In this document: piece after piece, positions 9,829 to 21,200 of the stretch
Layout: every line of letters begins with the position of its first letter
How positions within the stretch are numbered: position 1 is the stretch's first letter
NCBI GenBank assembly: GCA_964016885.1
Contig: OZ024744.1
Location: forward strand, 51,646,001-51,710,000
Direction of reading: 5' to 3'
Source of the DNA: Eledone cirrhosa
Lineage: Eukaryota
Length of the DNA stretch: 64,000 nucleotides
The notes under the pieces: generated by a model
Database searches by the model: none
Told to the model about the DNA's origin: nothing
What the model saw: the letters and a program-made list of their open reading frames with translations, nothing else
Program-made: the position numbers and the translations under genes

Positions 9829-9830
<2 letters not shown>

Positions 9831-9872
<42 letters not shown>
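9831..9872. repeat. (ATT)14 spacer, copy 1/copy 2
   Basis: Counted from sequence. Confidence 0.95.
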
Positions 9873-10087
9873 GAATGCCATGGTTGACGGAGGCTCGGCT
9901 CTGTAAGGTATAGTAATTTTTAACCGTTAAAACAATTGTAAATTGTTTAAAACTTGAACCAAATTGTTGATAAAGACACCCTCCTCCTCGTGAGAGGGGT
10001 CTTTCTGTCCGTTATTTGGCCCTTCGGGGTTAAATAACCAGTTATTGGGGTTTTGTACCCAAAATTTCATTTTAAACAAAAAACAAC

Positions 10088-12181
10088 ATGGCTACAAAAA
10101 AGAAATTTCATACGTCACTCCCACTCATTCCGTCTTCTTCTTCCTCAATCATCACTACAGCAGAGAGAAGATTGTCTCTCTCCCTCCCTTCTTTAAATGT
10201 GTCTCTCTCCCTCCCTTCTCTTTCGCAAGTGACGAAAGAAAAGAAAAGTCTCGTGCAAAGCGTGCAAGGTTTCTCCACGACGACGACGACAGCGACGAAA
10301 CAGGTGTGCGGGAAATACGAAAACCCAGTTCATTCGTCTGACGTCAGGAATAATAGCAGTAGCAGCCGTAATAACAACAGCAACAGTGACAATGAAAACA
10401 ACAGTAGCAGCCGCAACAGCATCACCAGCAGCATAAACAACAACAGCATTAGCAGCAGCAACACCAACAACAACCACAGCAACAGCGGCGGAGGCAGTAG
10501 TCGTAGTACCTGCAGCAACAAAAGTACCAGCAGCTCTGACGACAACAACAACAGCAGAGAAAAACCAATCTCATTTGCAGGTATTGCGAAAAACCTGGAA
10601 ACAATCCTCATAACAAATGAGGAATTAGAGGAAGCGAAGAAGATGGTGACAAAGAACGGACACCGAGCAATCTGCAAGGCAGCGAAACATTTTTTCGAAA
10701 CCCAAGAGCACTGTACGGTCACGTACCGTACAGTAAGTACAAAATCCCGTAGGGTGGAAAGAGCCACAGAGGCCCAAATACAAAAAGCCTTGGGGTCTGT
10801 GTGGCAGAGGAAAACGCACATCACCCGAGGCAAAAAATACGCCACCGTAGACGTACTTTTTGCCACACCCCAGGAGGCAAAGGCCCAATCAGTAGTGACC
10901 CTAAGGAGCGAGGAAATGGTGTTGGTGCCCTCCTACTGTGGGCAAAAAATTGTGAGGGTCAAACTGACCCACGTCCCCCCCGGAATGACCCCTTCTTGGC
11001 TGGCCGCGTCTGTCCTCGTCGGAATCGAGGACAAAACAACTGTACTGCAAGTACAGAAAAAAGTAAGAGAAGATTGGGTCGGCTCCTCCATTGAGATGCT
11101 AATCCAAACCAACCAGGAGTGCATCGAAGCTATCCCGGATGTGATAGACTTCGATAACGGCACTCAACTGCCCATAAGTGTTGAGGGCAAACGCCCGAAA
11201 TGCTTTCGCTGTGGATCGAAGACTCACCTCAGGGCCTTCTGCAACGAGAAGACCATGAGAAAGGAGAAAACCCCCCTCCTCCCGAATCCGGTTCCACGGC
11301 TACCAGCAACAGGACAAGCGGCAACCAGGAACGATAGGTCCGTGGCACCCACACCCACTCCACGGAAATCAAAGACAGCAGCAGCAGTGGAAATATTAAC
11401 AACAACAACAGCAATACCAAATGCAGCTGCAACAGAGACTCCAGTGCAAACATCACCAACAACAACAAGTGAAAGAGTGGAGCTGGTACCCCTCCCCGAC
11501 CTTACAGAATCAGACATGGAGTGTGAGGTGGGAGAGGGATGGCAAAAGGTCGTAAGAAGGCACAAACGCAGAAGCAGCGCATCGTCGCCTTTGAAAAGGG
11601 AGGAAAGAAATGAGAAAAGGGTAAAGTCTACTGCAAAGAGACCCACAGCAGCAACACCACCAACACCATCACCACCCACACCAGCACCACCATCACCACC
11701 GGCGACAACCCCACCGCCAACAACACCTTCAACACCACCACCACAAGCACCAACATCGCAAACACAACAACAAAACACACACACCCAGCAACAACGACAA
11801 GAAAATAGCAGAACCACACCCCACCCCCAGAAAAACAAATGCACGGCAATAAACACACACAACAAGAAACTAATGACTTACATAATTGAACACACAGACA
11901 TTTCACAACAGGACTACATAATACCAGCACCAATCAAAACGCCAACTAACATAAGACTGCTAAAAATAGCACAGAAACAATACACAAACATTAAAACGAA
12001 ATTCCCCAACGCAGTTGGTGATTTCAGGGACCTAGGAGGAACCATTAATCGAAGAGTATATTCAGACATTCTCTTAGAAGAGCCGACGACCAGCCGAAGG
12101 GACGATTCAACGGTCCCTTCACCAGACGATCAAGTGAAAAGGGATGTAAAAACCATCCCTCCTCTACCAAAAGTACGGTAA
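10088..12181 (+). CDS. LINE ORF1, copy 2
   Basis: Protein identical to copy 1 ORF1. Confidence 0.9.
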   Translation: MATKKKFHTSLPLIPSSSSSIITTAERRLSLSLPSLNVSLSLPSLSQVTKEKKSLVQSVQGFSTTTTTATKQVCGKYENPVHSSDVRNNSSSSRNNNSNSDNENNSSSRNSITSSINNNSISSSNTNNNHSNSGGGSSRSTCSNKSTSSSDDNNNSREKPISFAGIAKNLETILITNEELEEAKKMVTKNGHRAICKAAKHFFETQEHCTVTYRTVSTKSRRVERATEAQIQKALGSVWQRKTHITRGKKYATVDVLFATPQEAKAQSVVTLRSEEMVLVPSYCGQKIVRVKLTHVPPGMTPSWLAASVLVGIEDKTTVLQVQKKVREDWVGSSIEMLIQTNQECIEAIPDVIDFDNGTQLPISVEGKRPKCFRCGSKTHLRAFCNEKTMRKEKTPLLPNPVPRLPATGQAATRNDRSVAPTPTPRKSKTAAAVEILTTTTAIPNAAATETPVQTSPTTTSERVELVPLPDLTESDMECEVGEGWQKVVRRHKRRSSASSPLKREERNEKRVKSTAKRPTAATPPTPSPPTPAPPSPPATTPPPTTPSTPPPQAPTSQTQQQNTHTQQQRQENSRTTPHPQKNKCTAINTHNKKLMTYIIEHTDISQQDYIIPAPIKTPTNIRLLKIAQKQYTNIKTKFPNAVGDFRDLGGTINRRVYSDILLEEPTTSRRDDSTVPSPDDQVKRDVKTIPPLPKVR

Positions 12182-12216
12182 GTGGTCTTTCCCATCTTTT
12201 CCACTCTATTTTAAAC

Positions 12217-15200
12217 ATGACCTCACTCAGAATAGGCAGCATAAATGCGCGTGGCTTGGGGTCGTCATGGAAGCAGGGTCACCTGCTCAACGACCTCAGG
12301 TCACTAAACATAGATGTAGTGGCCATCAGCGAGACCAGAATCTCCGAAGCACGGGCCTTCGCACCGATCTTCGGCGGCTACGATGTGTACGCATCTCCCA
12401 GCCGTCCTGGATCCGGTGGAGGAGTTGCTGTGCTTTTTCGGAGAGGTTTGGATCTCGCCATACGGGCCATCTTCCTGGACCCAGAGGGTAAGCTGGTGGT
12501 GCTGGACGTGACCAGCGGAGACGGGCAAGCTTTCAGGCTAGTGGCCGTCTATGCCCCGACAGGAGCAGGGCGGCCTGATTTCTTCCGGCGTCTGGAGACC
12601 TTTCTTGGAACGTCCCGCTCTTTAGTGTTAGTGGGCGACTGGAACGGGATCTTAGATGCACGCTGGGACTGTGTGGGATTAGCGGATAGGGGTGGAGGGT
12701 GCAAGAGCCTCACCAACCTGCTCAGGCGTTTTGAACTGTCTGACAGGTACCGATTGGATTTCCCGAATGTGCCAATGTGGACTTGGACAAACCGCATAGG
12801 GTCATCCAGATCATATCTAGATAGAGTATTTTGTAGGGAAATAGATAGGTCTAGCATAGGCTGTCCACAATTCAAGATAGTCAGCTACACGGACCACAAA
12901 TTCGTGACCTGTGTGCTTGACTTAGATAGGCTTCATAGACGAGGACCCGGCTACTGGAAGCTAAACGCGTCCTTACCAGCGCGCAAGGCCTACAGAGACC
13001 GGATTAGCGAACTAGTTAAGCGGGCGTTGACGGGGGCCATCGTCAACAACAAGTGGTGGTTTGCTCTGAAAAGAGCGATTAGAATAGAATCGATTAGGTT
13101 TAGTAAGGCTTTAGCAATAGAGAAAAATAGAGCAGAGGGAGAACTAGTTAGAAAATTAGACGAGGCGCTTAGCAAAGGCATTGCGACCGACGTGCTTGCG
13201 GCGAAATTGGCCCTTGACCAATTCTTCAATGCAAAGCACGAAGGCTGCGTTGTCAGAGCTAGGGTGCGTGCTCTCAGACACGAGGGGACGAAAGCCGTTC
13301 AATGGGCCCGAGTGGCGGAGGCGCGTCGTGGCAACAAAGCCACGATCCGGTCTTTGGTGGACCACGACGGGCGCATGCTACTCGATCCCGGGCAAATGTG
13401 TGAAGCTTTTCAGCGACACTTCGCTCAGCTGTTCGGGGGCAGCGGGGGGCCGGGTAGAGGGATGGACTTTAGTGTCTACCTCGACGGGCTGCCGCGGCTC
13501 TCGGCCACTGAGGCGAGGTGTTGCGAAAAGCCGATAACAGCCGCTGAAGTACGGGAGGCAATGACTGGCTGCACAAGGGGTAAATCGCCTGGTTTGGATG
13601 GTCTGCCCTATGAACTTTACGTACAGATGCCAGACTTGTTCGGAGGCCTCTTGGCGGACGTCTACTGCAACTGGCAACAGAACGGGAGAATTCCCAGTTC
13701 TGTGAGCCGAGGAGCGGTGGCACTGCTGAGAAAGGATCCGAACAAGGGGGATAACATAGACAATTTCCGGCCCATAACTCTGCTAAACACAGAGTTTAAG
13801 ATTTTGGCCAAGGTGCTAGCAAAGAGGTTGGCGCTTGTCGTTGGTGGTCTGGTGGGAGAGGCGCAGACATGCGCCATTCCCGACAGATCCATCCACGACA
13901 ACCTCCACCTCATGCGATACATCGTAGAGAGGGTAGCTAGGGAACCTGGCACGGGTGGGTCCTTGATCAATTTAGATCAGTCGAAAGCTTTCGATAGGGT
14001 CGACCATCGTTACCTAGCGGCAGTCCTGAGGGCGGCTGGCTTTGGGCCCGTCTTCAGAGGTTGGATCGCTGCCATGCACAGCGACATCTGCTCTGTGGTG
14101 AGAGTGAACGGTCACCTGTCGGAACCGTTCAACATCATGCGCTCGGTCCGCCAAGGATGTCCCCTCTCGTCCCTCTTGTACGTATTGACTCTCGAGCCAT
14201 TACTGCACAAACTGGAGACGTTGAGGGGAGTCCCGCGCGAACTAGGATGCGGAAGATCCGTGTCAGCATATGCGGACGATGTCACCGTAGTGGTGTCGAA
14301 CGCCAAACACATCGAGGCGATCGGCACTACACTAAGAGAATACGAAGCGGTGACAGGAGCAATGATCAACCAGGAAAAGTCAGTGGGCCTGCAGCTCGGC
14401 ACCTGGAGAGGCAGGTCCATGCCGTCCAACAGCGTCGTCGGGCGCTGGACGGACGGACCGGTTAAATTGCTAGGGGTCTGGTTCGGTCCGGACCTCCAGA
14501 CGGACAAAAACTGGGACGAGGTGACGAGCAGGGTGGCTTCTCTCACCCAGAAATGGGCGGAGAGGAAGCTATCCCTGAAAGGTCGAGCGGAGGTGGCTAA
14601 CGCGTACATCGCGTCTGTCATCTGCTACCGCCTAACCGTCGTACCTTGTCCTAAGCCTCGCCTGACTGCGCTGGAGCGTTTGCTCTTTCGCTTTTTGTGG
14701 AAGGGACGTGCTCCGATGGTCAGGCGGTCCATCTGTTGTCAACACCCGCTACGTGGAGGGCTGGGCATGCCGTGGCTGATGATGCGCAGGCACGCGCTCA
14801 GGCTACGACATCTCCACCTCTTCCTCGACGGTGATCAGGTGTGGTCGCCGTTTGCTAGACGCGTTTTTCCCCAGCTCGTTTCCTTGACGGAGCTGCAGTC
14901 CTGGGTCAAGCGAAGACCGAGAGGGAGCGCCTGGAGACTGGAATGTCTTCAGGCGCTCACAGCCCTCGACCAATCGGGCAATGTGATCGGTGGAAACTCC
15001 ACCTCGGCGTTCTATAGAGGATTAGTGGAGGGGAAGAGCGACGACGTACTTGGGGAAACTCTAGGCGTCGACGAAAATCAACTAGCCAATCTCTTCGGAA
15101 GAACTTTCGGGCCAGGGCCTATGGACAACTTCCAGAAATCTCTGGCCTGGCAGTGCTACCGAGGAGCCTTGCCAGTTCGGGATAAACTCTACAGGCATGG

Positions 15201-15636
15201 AGGTGCCGTCAGCCGGGCATGTCCGAGATGCGCGCAGGGCGACGAAACCGTCCTGCACGCACTCGTCCAGTGTCCGAAAATTGCTGACTTGTGGGTTTAT
15301 GTCGAACACCTGCTGTCGCGTTTAGGACGGATCCAGCTATCATCTGAGTCTATCGTGAGGATTGCCCCGCCCTCCTCCTTTAGCCGGGAAGGGCAGGCAG
15401 TTTTTATCTGTCTGGTGGCCATGGCGAAAGAGATAGTATGGTGGACACGTTTGAAAGGGCTGAAGACGAGCACTTACCTCTTCGGTGATGCTCTGATTGA
15501 CTTTTTCAAATTTCATTTGAAAAGGAAAATCAGAGTAGAAAAGGAAGTGCTCTCTTCCCAGCATTTTGTTGAAAGATGGGTGAGAGAAGCAAGAATGGCC
15601 CGAGTGAATGGGCCGACTCTGAGTATATATCTGTAA
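12217..15636 (+). CDS. LINE ORF2 (APE-RT), copy 2
   Basis: Intact; TEARCC versus TEAKCC in copy 1. Confidence 0.97.
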   Translation: MTSLRIGSINARGLGSSWKQGHLLNDLRSLNIDVVAISETRISEARAFAPIFGGYDVYASPSRPGSGGGVAVLFRRGLDLAIRAIFLDPEGKLVVLDVTSGDGQAFRLVAVYAPTGAGRPDFFRRLETFLGTSRSLVLVGDWNGILDARWDCVGLADRGGGCKSLTNLLRRFELSDRYRLDFPNVPMWTWTNRIGSSRSYLDRVFCREIDRSSIGCPQFKIVSYTDHKFVTCVLDLDRLHRRGPGYWKLNASLPARKAYRDRISELVKRALTGAIVNNKWWFALKRAIRIESIRFSKALAIEKNRAEGELVRKLDEALSKGIATDVLAAKLALDQFFNAKHEGCVVRARVRALRHEGTKAVQWARVAEARRGNKATIRSLVDHDGRMLLDPGQMCEAFQRHFAQLFGGSGGPGRGMDFSVYLDGLPRLSATEARCCEKPITAAEVREAMTGCTRGKSPGLDGLPYELYVQMPDLFGGLLADVYCNWQQNGRIPSSVSRGAVALLRKDPNKGDNIDNFRPITLLNTEFKILAKVLAKRLALVVGGLVGEAQTCAIPDRSIHDNLHLMRYIVERVAREPGTGGSLINLDQSKAFDRVDHRYLAAVLRAAGFGPVFRGWIAAMHSDICSVVRVNGHLSEPFNIMRSVRQGCPLSSLLYVLTLEPLLHKLETLRGVPRELGCGRSVSAYADDVTVVVSNAKHIEAIGTTLREYEAVTGAMINQEKSVGLQLGTWRGRSMPSNSVVGRWTDGPVKLLGVWFGPDLQTDKNWDEVTSRVASLTQKWAERKLSLKGRAEVANAYIASVICYRLTVVPCPKPRLTALERLLFRFLWKGRAPMVRRSICCQHPLRGGLGMPWLMMRRHALRLRHLHLFLDGDQVWSPFARRVFPQLVSLTELQSWVKRRPRGSAWRLECLQALTALDQSGNVIGGNSTSAFYRGLVEGKSDDVLGETLGVDENQLANLFGRTFGPGPMDNFQKSLAWQCYRGALPVRDKLYRHGGAVSRACPRCAQGDETVLHALVQCPKIADLWVYVEHLLSRLGRIQLSSESIVRIAPPSSFSREGQAVFICLVAMAKEIVWWTRLKGLKTSTYLFGDALIDFFKFHLKRKIRVEKEVLSSQHFVERWVREARMARVNGPTLSIYL

Positions 15637-15896
15637 ACTAAAGGTGGAAAACTGGGAGAGGGCACTTGCCTTGGTGGTCAGGGTCATTGTGGCTTTTTAC
15701 TGGGCTTTCTCCACAAATGTCCCTCCGAAGTCTCCCCCCTATTGGGGAATTTTTCATTGTTATTTTCATTGTTATTTTTGTTACATCCTCTGTTTTTGTT
15801 TTTTTACACGCAGAAATGCCCATTTGTACCGTCCTGCATTGTCCTGCACTGTCCTTAATGTCTACTTTATGTAAACCCTTGTGGTTAATAAAGAAA

Positions 15897-15898
<2 letters not shown>

Positions 15899-15946
<48 letters not shown>
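15899..15946. repeat. (ATT)16 spacer, copy 2/copy 3
   Basis: Counted from sequence. Confidence 0.95.
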
Positions 15947-16161
15947 GAATGCCATGGTTGACGGAGGCTCGGCTCTGTAAGGTATAGTAATTTTTAACCG
16001 TTAAAACAATTGTAAATTGTTTAAAACTTGAACCAAATTGTTGATAAAGACACCCTCCTCCTCGTGAGAGGGGTCTTTCTGTCCGTTATTTGGCCCTTCG
16101 GGGTTAAATAACCAGTTATTGGGGTTTTGTACCCAAAATTTCATTTTAAACAAAAAACAAC

Positions 16162-18255
16162 ATGGCTACAAAAAAGAAATTTCATACGTCACTCCCACTC
16201 ATTCCGTCTTCTTCTTCCTCAATCATCACTACAGCAGAGAGAAGATTGTCTCTCTCCCTCCCTTCTTTAAATGTGTCTCTCTCCCTCCCTTCTCTTTCGC
16301 AAGTGACGAAAGAAAAGAAAAGTCTCGTGCAAAGCGTGCAAGGTTTCTCCACGACGACGACGACAGCGACGAAACAGGTGTGCGGGAAATACGAAAACCC
16401 AGTTCATTCGTCTGACGTCAGGAATAATAGCAGTAGCAGCCGTAATAACAACAGCAACAGTGACAATGAAAACAACAGTAGCAGCCGCAACAGCATCACC
16501 AGCAGCATAAACAACAACAGCATTAGCAGCAGCAACACCAACAACAACCACAGCAACAGCGGCGGAGGCAGTAGTCGTAGTACCTGCAGCAACAAAAGTA
16601 CCAGCAGCTCTGACGACAACAACAACAGCAGAGAAAAACCAATCTCATTTGCAGGTATTGCGAAAAACCTGGAAACAATCCTCATAACAAATGAGGAATT
16701 AGAGGAAGCGAAGAAGATGGTGACAAAGAACGGACACCGAGCAATCTGCAAGGCAGCGAAACATTTTTTCGAAACCCAAGAGCACTGTACGGTCACGTAC
16801 CGTACAGTAAGTACAAAATCCCGTAGGGTGGAAAGAGCCACAGAGGCCCAAATACAAAAAGCCTTGGGGTCTGTGTGGCAGAGGAAAACGCACATCACCC
16901 GAGGCAAAAAATACGCCACCGTAGACGTACTTTTTGCCACACCCCAGGAGGCAAAGGCCCAATCAGTAGTGACCCTAAGGAGCGAGGAAATGGTGTTGGT
17001 GCCCTCCTACTGTGGGCAAAAAATTGTGAGGGTCAAACTGACCCACGTCCCCCCCGGAATGACCCCTTCTTGGCTGGCCGCGTCTGTCCTCGTCGGAATC
17101 GAGGACAAAACAACTGTACTGCAAGTACAGAAAAAAGTAAGAGAAGATTGGGTCGGCTCCTCCATTGAGATGCTAATCCAAACCAACCAGGAGTGCATCG
17201 AAGCTATCCCGGATGTGATAGACTTCGATAACGGCACTCAACTGCCCATAAGTGTTGAGGGCAAACGCCCGAAATGCTTTCGCTGTGGATCGAAGACTCA
17301 CCTCAGGGCCTTCTGCAACGAGAAGACCATGAGAAAGGAGAAAACCCCCCTCCTCCCGAATCCGGTTCCACGGCTACCAGCAACAGGACAAGCGGCAACC
17401 AGGAACGATAGGTCCGTGGCACCCACACCCACTCCACGGAAATCAAAGACAGCAGCAGCAGTGGAAATATTAACAACAACAACAGCAATACCAAATGCAG
17501 CTGCAACAGAGACTCCAGTGCAAACATCACCAACAACAACAAGTGAAAGAGTGGAGCTGGTACCCCTCCCCGACCTTACAGAATCAGACATGGAGTGTGA
17601 GGTGGGAGAGGGATGGCAAAAGGTCGTAAGAAGGCACAAACGCAGAAGCAGCGCATCGTCGCCTTTGAAAAGGGAGGAAAGAAATGAGAAAAGGGTAAAG
17701 TCTACTGCAAAGAGACCCACAGCAGCAACACCACCAACACCATCACCACCCACACCAGCACCACCATCACCACCGGCGACAACCCCACCGCCAACAACAC
17801 CTTCAACACCACCACCACAAGCACCAACATCGCAAACACAACAACAAAACACACACACCCAGCAACAACGACAAGAAAATAGCAGAACCACACCCCACCC
17901 CCAGAAAAACAAATGCACGGCAATAAACACACACAACAAGAAACTAATGACTTACATAATTGAACACACAGACATTTCACAACAGGACTACATAATACCA
18001 GCACCAATCAAAACGCCAACTAACATAAGACTGCTAAAAATAGCACAGAAACAATACACAAACATTAAAACGAAATTCCCCAACGCAGTTGGTGATTTCA
18101 GGGACCTAGGAGGAACCATTAATCGAAGAGTATATTCAGACATTCTCTTAGAAGAGCCGACGACCAGCCGAAGGGACGATTCAACGGTCCCTTCACCAGA
18201 CGATCAAGTGAAAAGGGATGTAAAAACCATCCCTCCTCTACCAAAAGTACGGTAA
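16162..18255 (+). CDS. LINE ORF1, copy 3
   Basis: Protein identical to copies 1-2. Confidence 0.9.
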   Translation: MATKKKFHTSLPLIPSSSSSIITTAERRLSLSLPSLNVSLSLPSLSQVTKEKKSLVQSVQGFSTTTTTATKQVCGKYENPVHSSDVRNNSSSSRNNNSNSDNENNSSSRNSITSSINNNSISSSNTNNNHSNSGGGSSRSTCSNKSTSSSDDNNNSREKPISFAGIAKNLETILITNEELEEAKKMVTKNGHRAICKAAKHFFETQEHCTVTYRTVSTKSRRVERATEAQIQKALGSVWQRKTHITRGKKYATVDVLFATPQEAKAQSVVTLRSEEMVLVPSYCGQKIVRVKLTHVPPGMTPSWLAASVLVGIEDKTTVLQVQKKVREDWVGSSIEMLIQTNQECIEAIPDVIDFDNGTQLPISVEGKRPKCFRCGSKTHLRAFCNEKTMRKEKTPLLPNPVPRLPATGQAATRNDRSVAPTPTPRKSKTAAAVEILTTTTAIPNAAATETPVQTSPTTTSERVELVPLPDLTESDMECEVGEGWQKVVRRHKRRSSASSPLKREERNEKRVKSTAKRPTAATPPTPSPPTPAPPSPPATTPPPTTPSTPPPQAPTSQTQQQNTHTQQQRQENSRTTPHPQKNKCTAINTHNKKLMTYIIEHTDISQQDYIIPAPIKTPTNIRLLKIAQKQYTNIKTKFPNAVGDFRDLGGTINRRVYSDILLEEPTTSRRDDSTVPSPDDQVKRDVKTIPPLPKVR

Positions 18256-18290
18256 GTGGTCTTTCCCATCTTTTCCACTCTATTTTAAAC

Positions 18291-21200
18291 ATGACCTCAC
18301 TCAGAATAGGCAGCATAAATGCGCGTGGCTTGGGGTCGTCATGGAAGCAGGGTCACCTGCTCAACGACCTCAGGTCACTAAACATAGATGTAGTGGCCAT
18401 CAGCGAGACCAGAATCTCCGAAGCACGGGCCTTCGCACCGATCTTCGGCGGCTACGATGTGTACGCATCTCCCAGCCGTCCTGGATCCGGTGGAGGAGTT
18501 GCTGTGCTTTTTCGGAGAGGTTTGGATCTCGCCATACGGGCCATCTTCCTGGACCCAGAGGGTAAGCTGGTGGTGCTGGACGTGACCAGCGGAGACGGGC
18601 AAGCTTTCAGGCTAGTGGCCGTCTATGCCCCGACAGGAGCAGGGCGGCCTGATTTCTTCCGGCGTCTGGAGACCTTTCTTGGAACGTCCCGCTCTTTAGT
18701 GTTAGTGGGCGACTGGAACGGGATCTTAGATGCACGCTGGGACTGTGTGGGATTAGCGGATAGGGGTGGAGGGTGCAAGAGCCTCACCAACCTGCTCAGG
18801 CGTTTTGAACTGTCTGACAGGTACCGATTGGATTTCCCGAATGTGCCAATGTGGACTTGGACAAACCGCATAGGGTCATCCAGATCATATCTAGATAGAG
18901 TATTTTGTAGGGAAATAGATAGGTCTAGCATAGGCTGTCCACAATTCAAGATAGTCAGCTACACGGACCACAAATTCGTGACCTGTGTGCTTGACTTAGA
19001 TAGGCTTCATAGACGAGGACCCGGCTACTGGAAGCTAAACGCGTCCTTACCAGCGCGCAAGGCCTACAGAGACCGGATTAGCGAACTAGTTAAGCGGGCG
19101 TTGACGGGGGCCATCGTCAACAACAAGTGGTGGTTTGCTCTGAAAAGAGCGATTAGAATAGAATCGATTAGGTTTAGTAAGGCTTTAGCAATAGAGAAAA
19201 ATAGAGCAGAGGGAGAACTAGTTAGAAAATTAGACGAGGCGCTTAGCAAAGGCATTGCGACCGACGTGCTTGCGGCGAAATTGGCCCTTGACCAATTCTT
19301 CAATGCAAAGCACGAAGGCTGCGTTGTCAGAGCTAGGGTGCGTGCTCTCAGACACGAGGGGACGAAAGCCGTTCAATGGGCCCGAGTGGCGGAGGCGCGT
19401 CGTGGCAACAAAGCCACGATCCGGTCTTTGGTGGACCACGACGGGCGCATGCTACTCGATCCCGGGCAAATGTGTGAAGCTTTTCAGCGACACTTCGCTC
19501 AGCTGTTCGGGGGCAGCGGGGGGCCGGGTAGAGGGATGGACTTTAGTGTCTACCTCGACGGGCTGCCGCGGCTCTCGGCCACTGAGGCGAGGTGTTGCGA
19601 AAAGCCGATAACAGCCGCTGAAGTACGGGAGGCAATGACTGGCTGCACAAGGGGTAAATCGCCTGGTTTGGATGGTCTGCCCTATGAACTTTACGTACAG
19701 ATGCCAGACTTGTTCGGAGGCCTCTTGGCGGACGTCTACTGCAACTGGCAACAGAACGGGAGAATTCCCAGTTCTGTGAGCCGAGGAGCGGTGGCACTGC
19801 TGAGAAAGGATCCGAACAAGGGGGATAACATAGACAATTTCCGGCCCATAACTCTGCTAAACACAGAGTTTAAGATTTTGGCCAAGGTGCTAGCAAAGAG
19901 GTTGGCGCTTGTCGTTGGTGGTCTGGTGGGAGAGGCGCAGACATGCGCCATTCCCGACAGATCCATCCACGACAACCTCCACCTCATGCGATACATCGTA
20001 GAGAGGGTAGCTAGGGAACCTGGCACGGGTGGGTCCTTGATCAATTTAGATCAGTCGAAAGCTTTCGATAGGGTCGACCATCGTTACCTAGCGGCAGTCC
20101 TGAGGGCGGCTGGCTTTGGGCCCGTCTTCAGAGGTTGGATCGCTGCCATGCACAGCGACATCTGCTCTGTGGTGAGAGTGAACGGTCACCTGTCGGAACC
20201 GTTCAACATCATGCGCTCGGTCCGCCAAGGATGTCCCCTCTCGTCCCTCTTGTACGTATTGACTCTCGAGCCATTACTGCACAAACTGGAGACGTTGAGG
20301 GGAGTCCCGCGCGAACTAGGATGCGGAAGATCCGTGTCAGCATATGCGGACGATGTCACCGTAGTGGTGTCGAACGCCAAACACATCGAGGCGATCGGCA
20401 CTACACTAAGAGAATACGAAGCGGTGACAGGAGCAATGATCAACCAGGAAAAGTCAGTGGGCCTGCAGCTCGGCACCTGGAGAGGCAGGTCCATGCCGTC
20501 CAACAGCGTCGTCGGGCGCTGGACGGACGGACCGGTTAAATTGCTAGGGGTCTGGTTCGGTCCGGACCTCCAGACGGACAAAAACTGGGACGAGGTGACG
20601 AGCAGGGTGGCTTCTCTCACCCAGAAATGGGCGGAGAGGAAGCTATCCCTGAAAGGTCGAGCGGAGGTGGCTAACGCGTACATCGCGTCTATCATCTGCT
20701 ACCGCCTAACCGTCGTACCTTGTCCTAAGCCTCGCCTGACTGCGCTGGAGCGTTTGCTCTTTCGCTTTTTGTGGAAGGGACGTGCTCCGATGGTCAGGCG
20801 GTCCATCTGTTGTCAACACCCGCTACGTGGAGGGCTGGGCATGCCGTGGCTGATGATGCGCAGGCACGCGCTCAGGCTACGACATCTCCACCTCTTCCTC
20901 GACGGTGATCAGGTGTGGTCGCCGTTTGCTAGACGCGTTTTTCCCCAGCTCGTTTCCTTGACGGAGCTGCAGTCCTGGGTCAAGCGAAGACCGAGAGGGA
21001 GCGCCTGGAGACTGGAATGTCTTCAGGCGCTCACAGCCCTCGACCAATCGGGCAATGTGATCGGTGGAAACTCCACCTCGGCGTTCTATAGAGGATTAGT
21101 GGAGGGGAAGAGCGACGACGTACTTGGGGAAACTCTAGGCGTCGACGAAAATCAACTAGCCAATCTCTTCGGAAGAACTTTCGGGCCGGGGCCTATGGAC

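Larger units (their letters stand above)
3804..9830 (+). mobile_element. Full-length L1/Tx1-like LINE, copy 1
   Basis: 215-nt 5' UTR starting GAATGCCATGG, ORF1, ORF2, ~260-nt 3' UTR ending AATAAAGAAATC, flanked by (ATT)n. Same boundaries in all four copies. The Tx1 assignment rests on domain layout and target specificity, not on a phylogeny. Confidence 0.93.
9873..15898 (+). mobile_element. Full-length L1/Tx1-like LINE, copy 2
   Basis: Offset 6069 from copy 1; only a handful of SNPs. Confidence 0.93.

Noticed and set aside
9831-9872. Target-site duplications for individual insertions
   Set aside because: Cannot be delimited because both flanks are the same microsatellite.
4124-9906. Numerous 65-213 aa overlapping and antisense ORFs inside each LINE copy
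   Set aside because: Shadows of ORF1/ORF2 and low-complexity tracts; some appear or vanish with single SNPs between copies.
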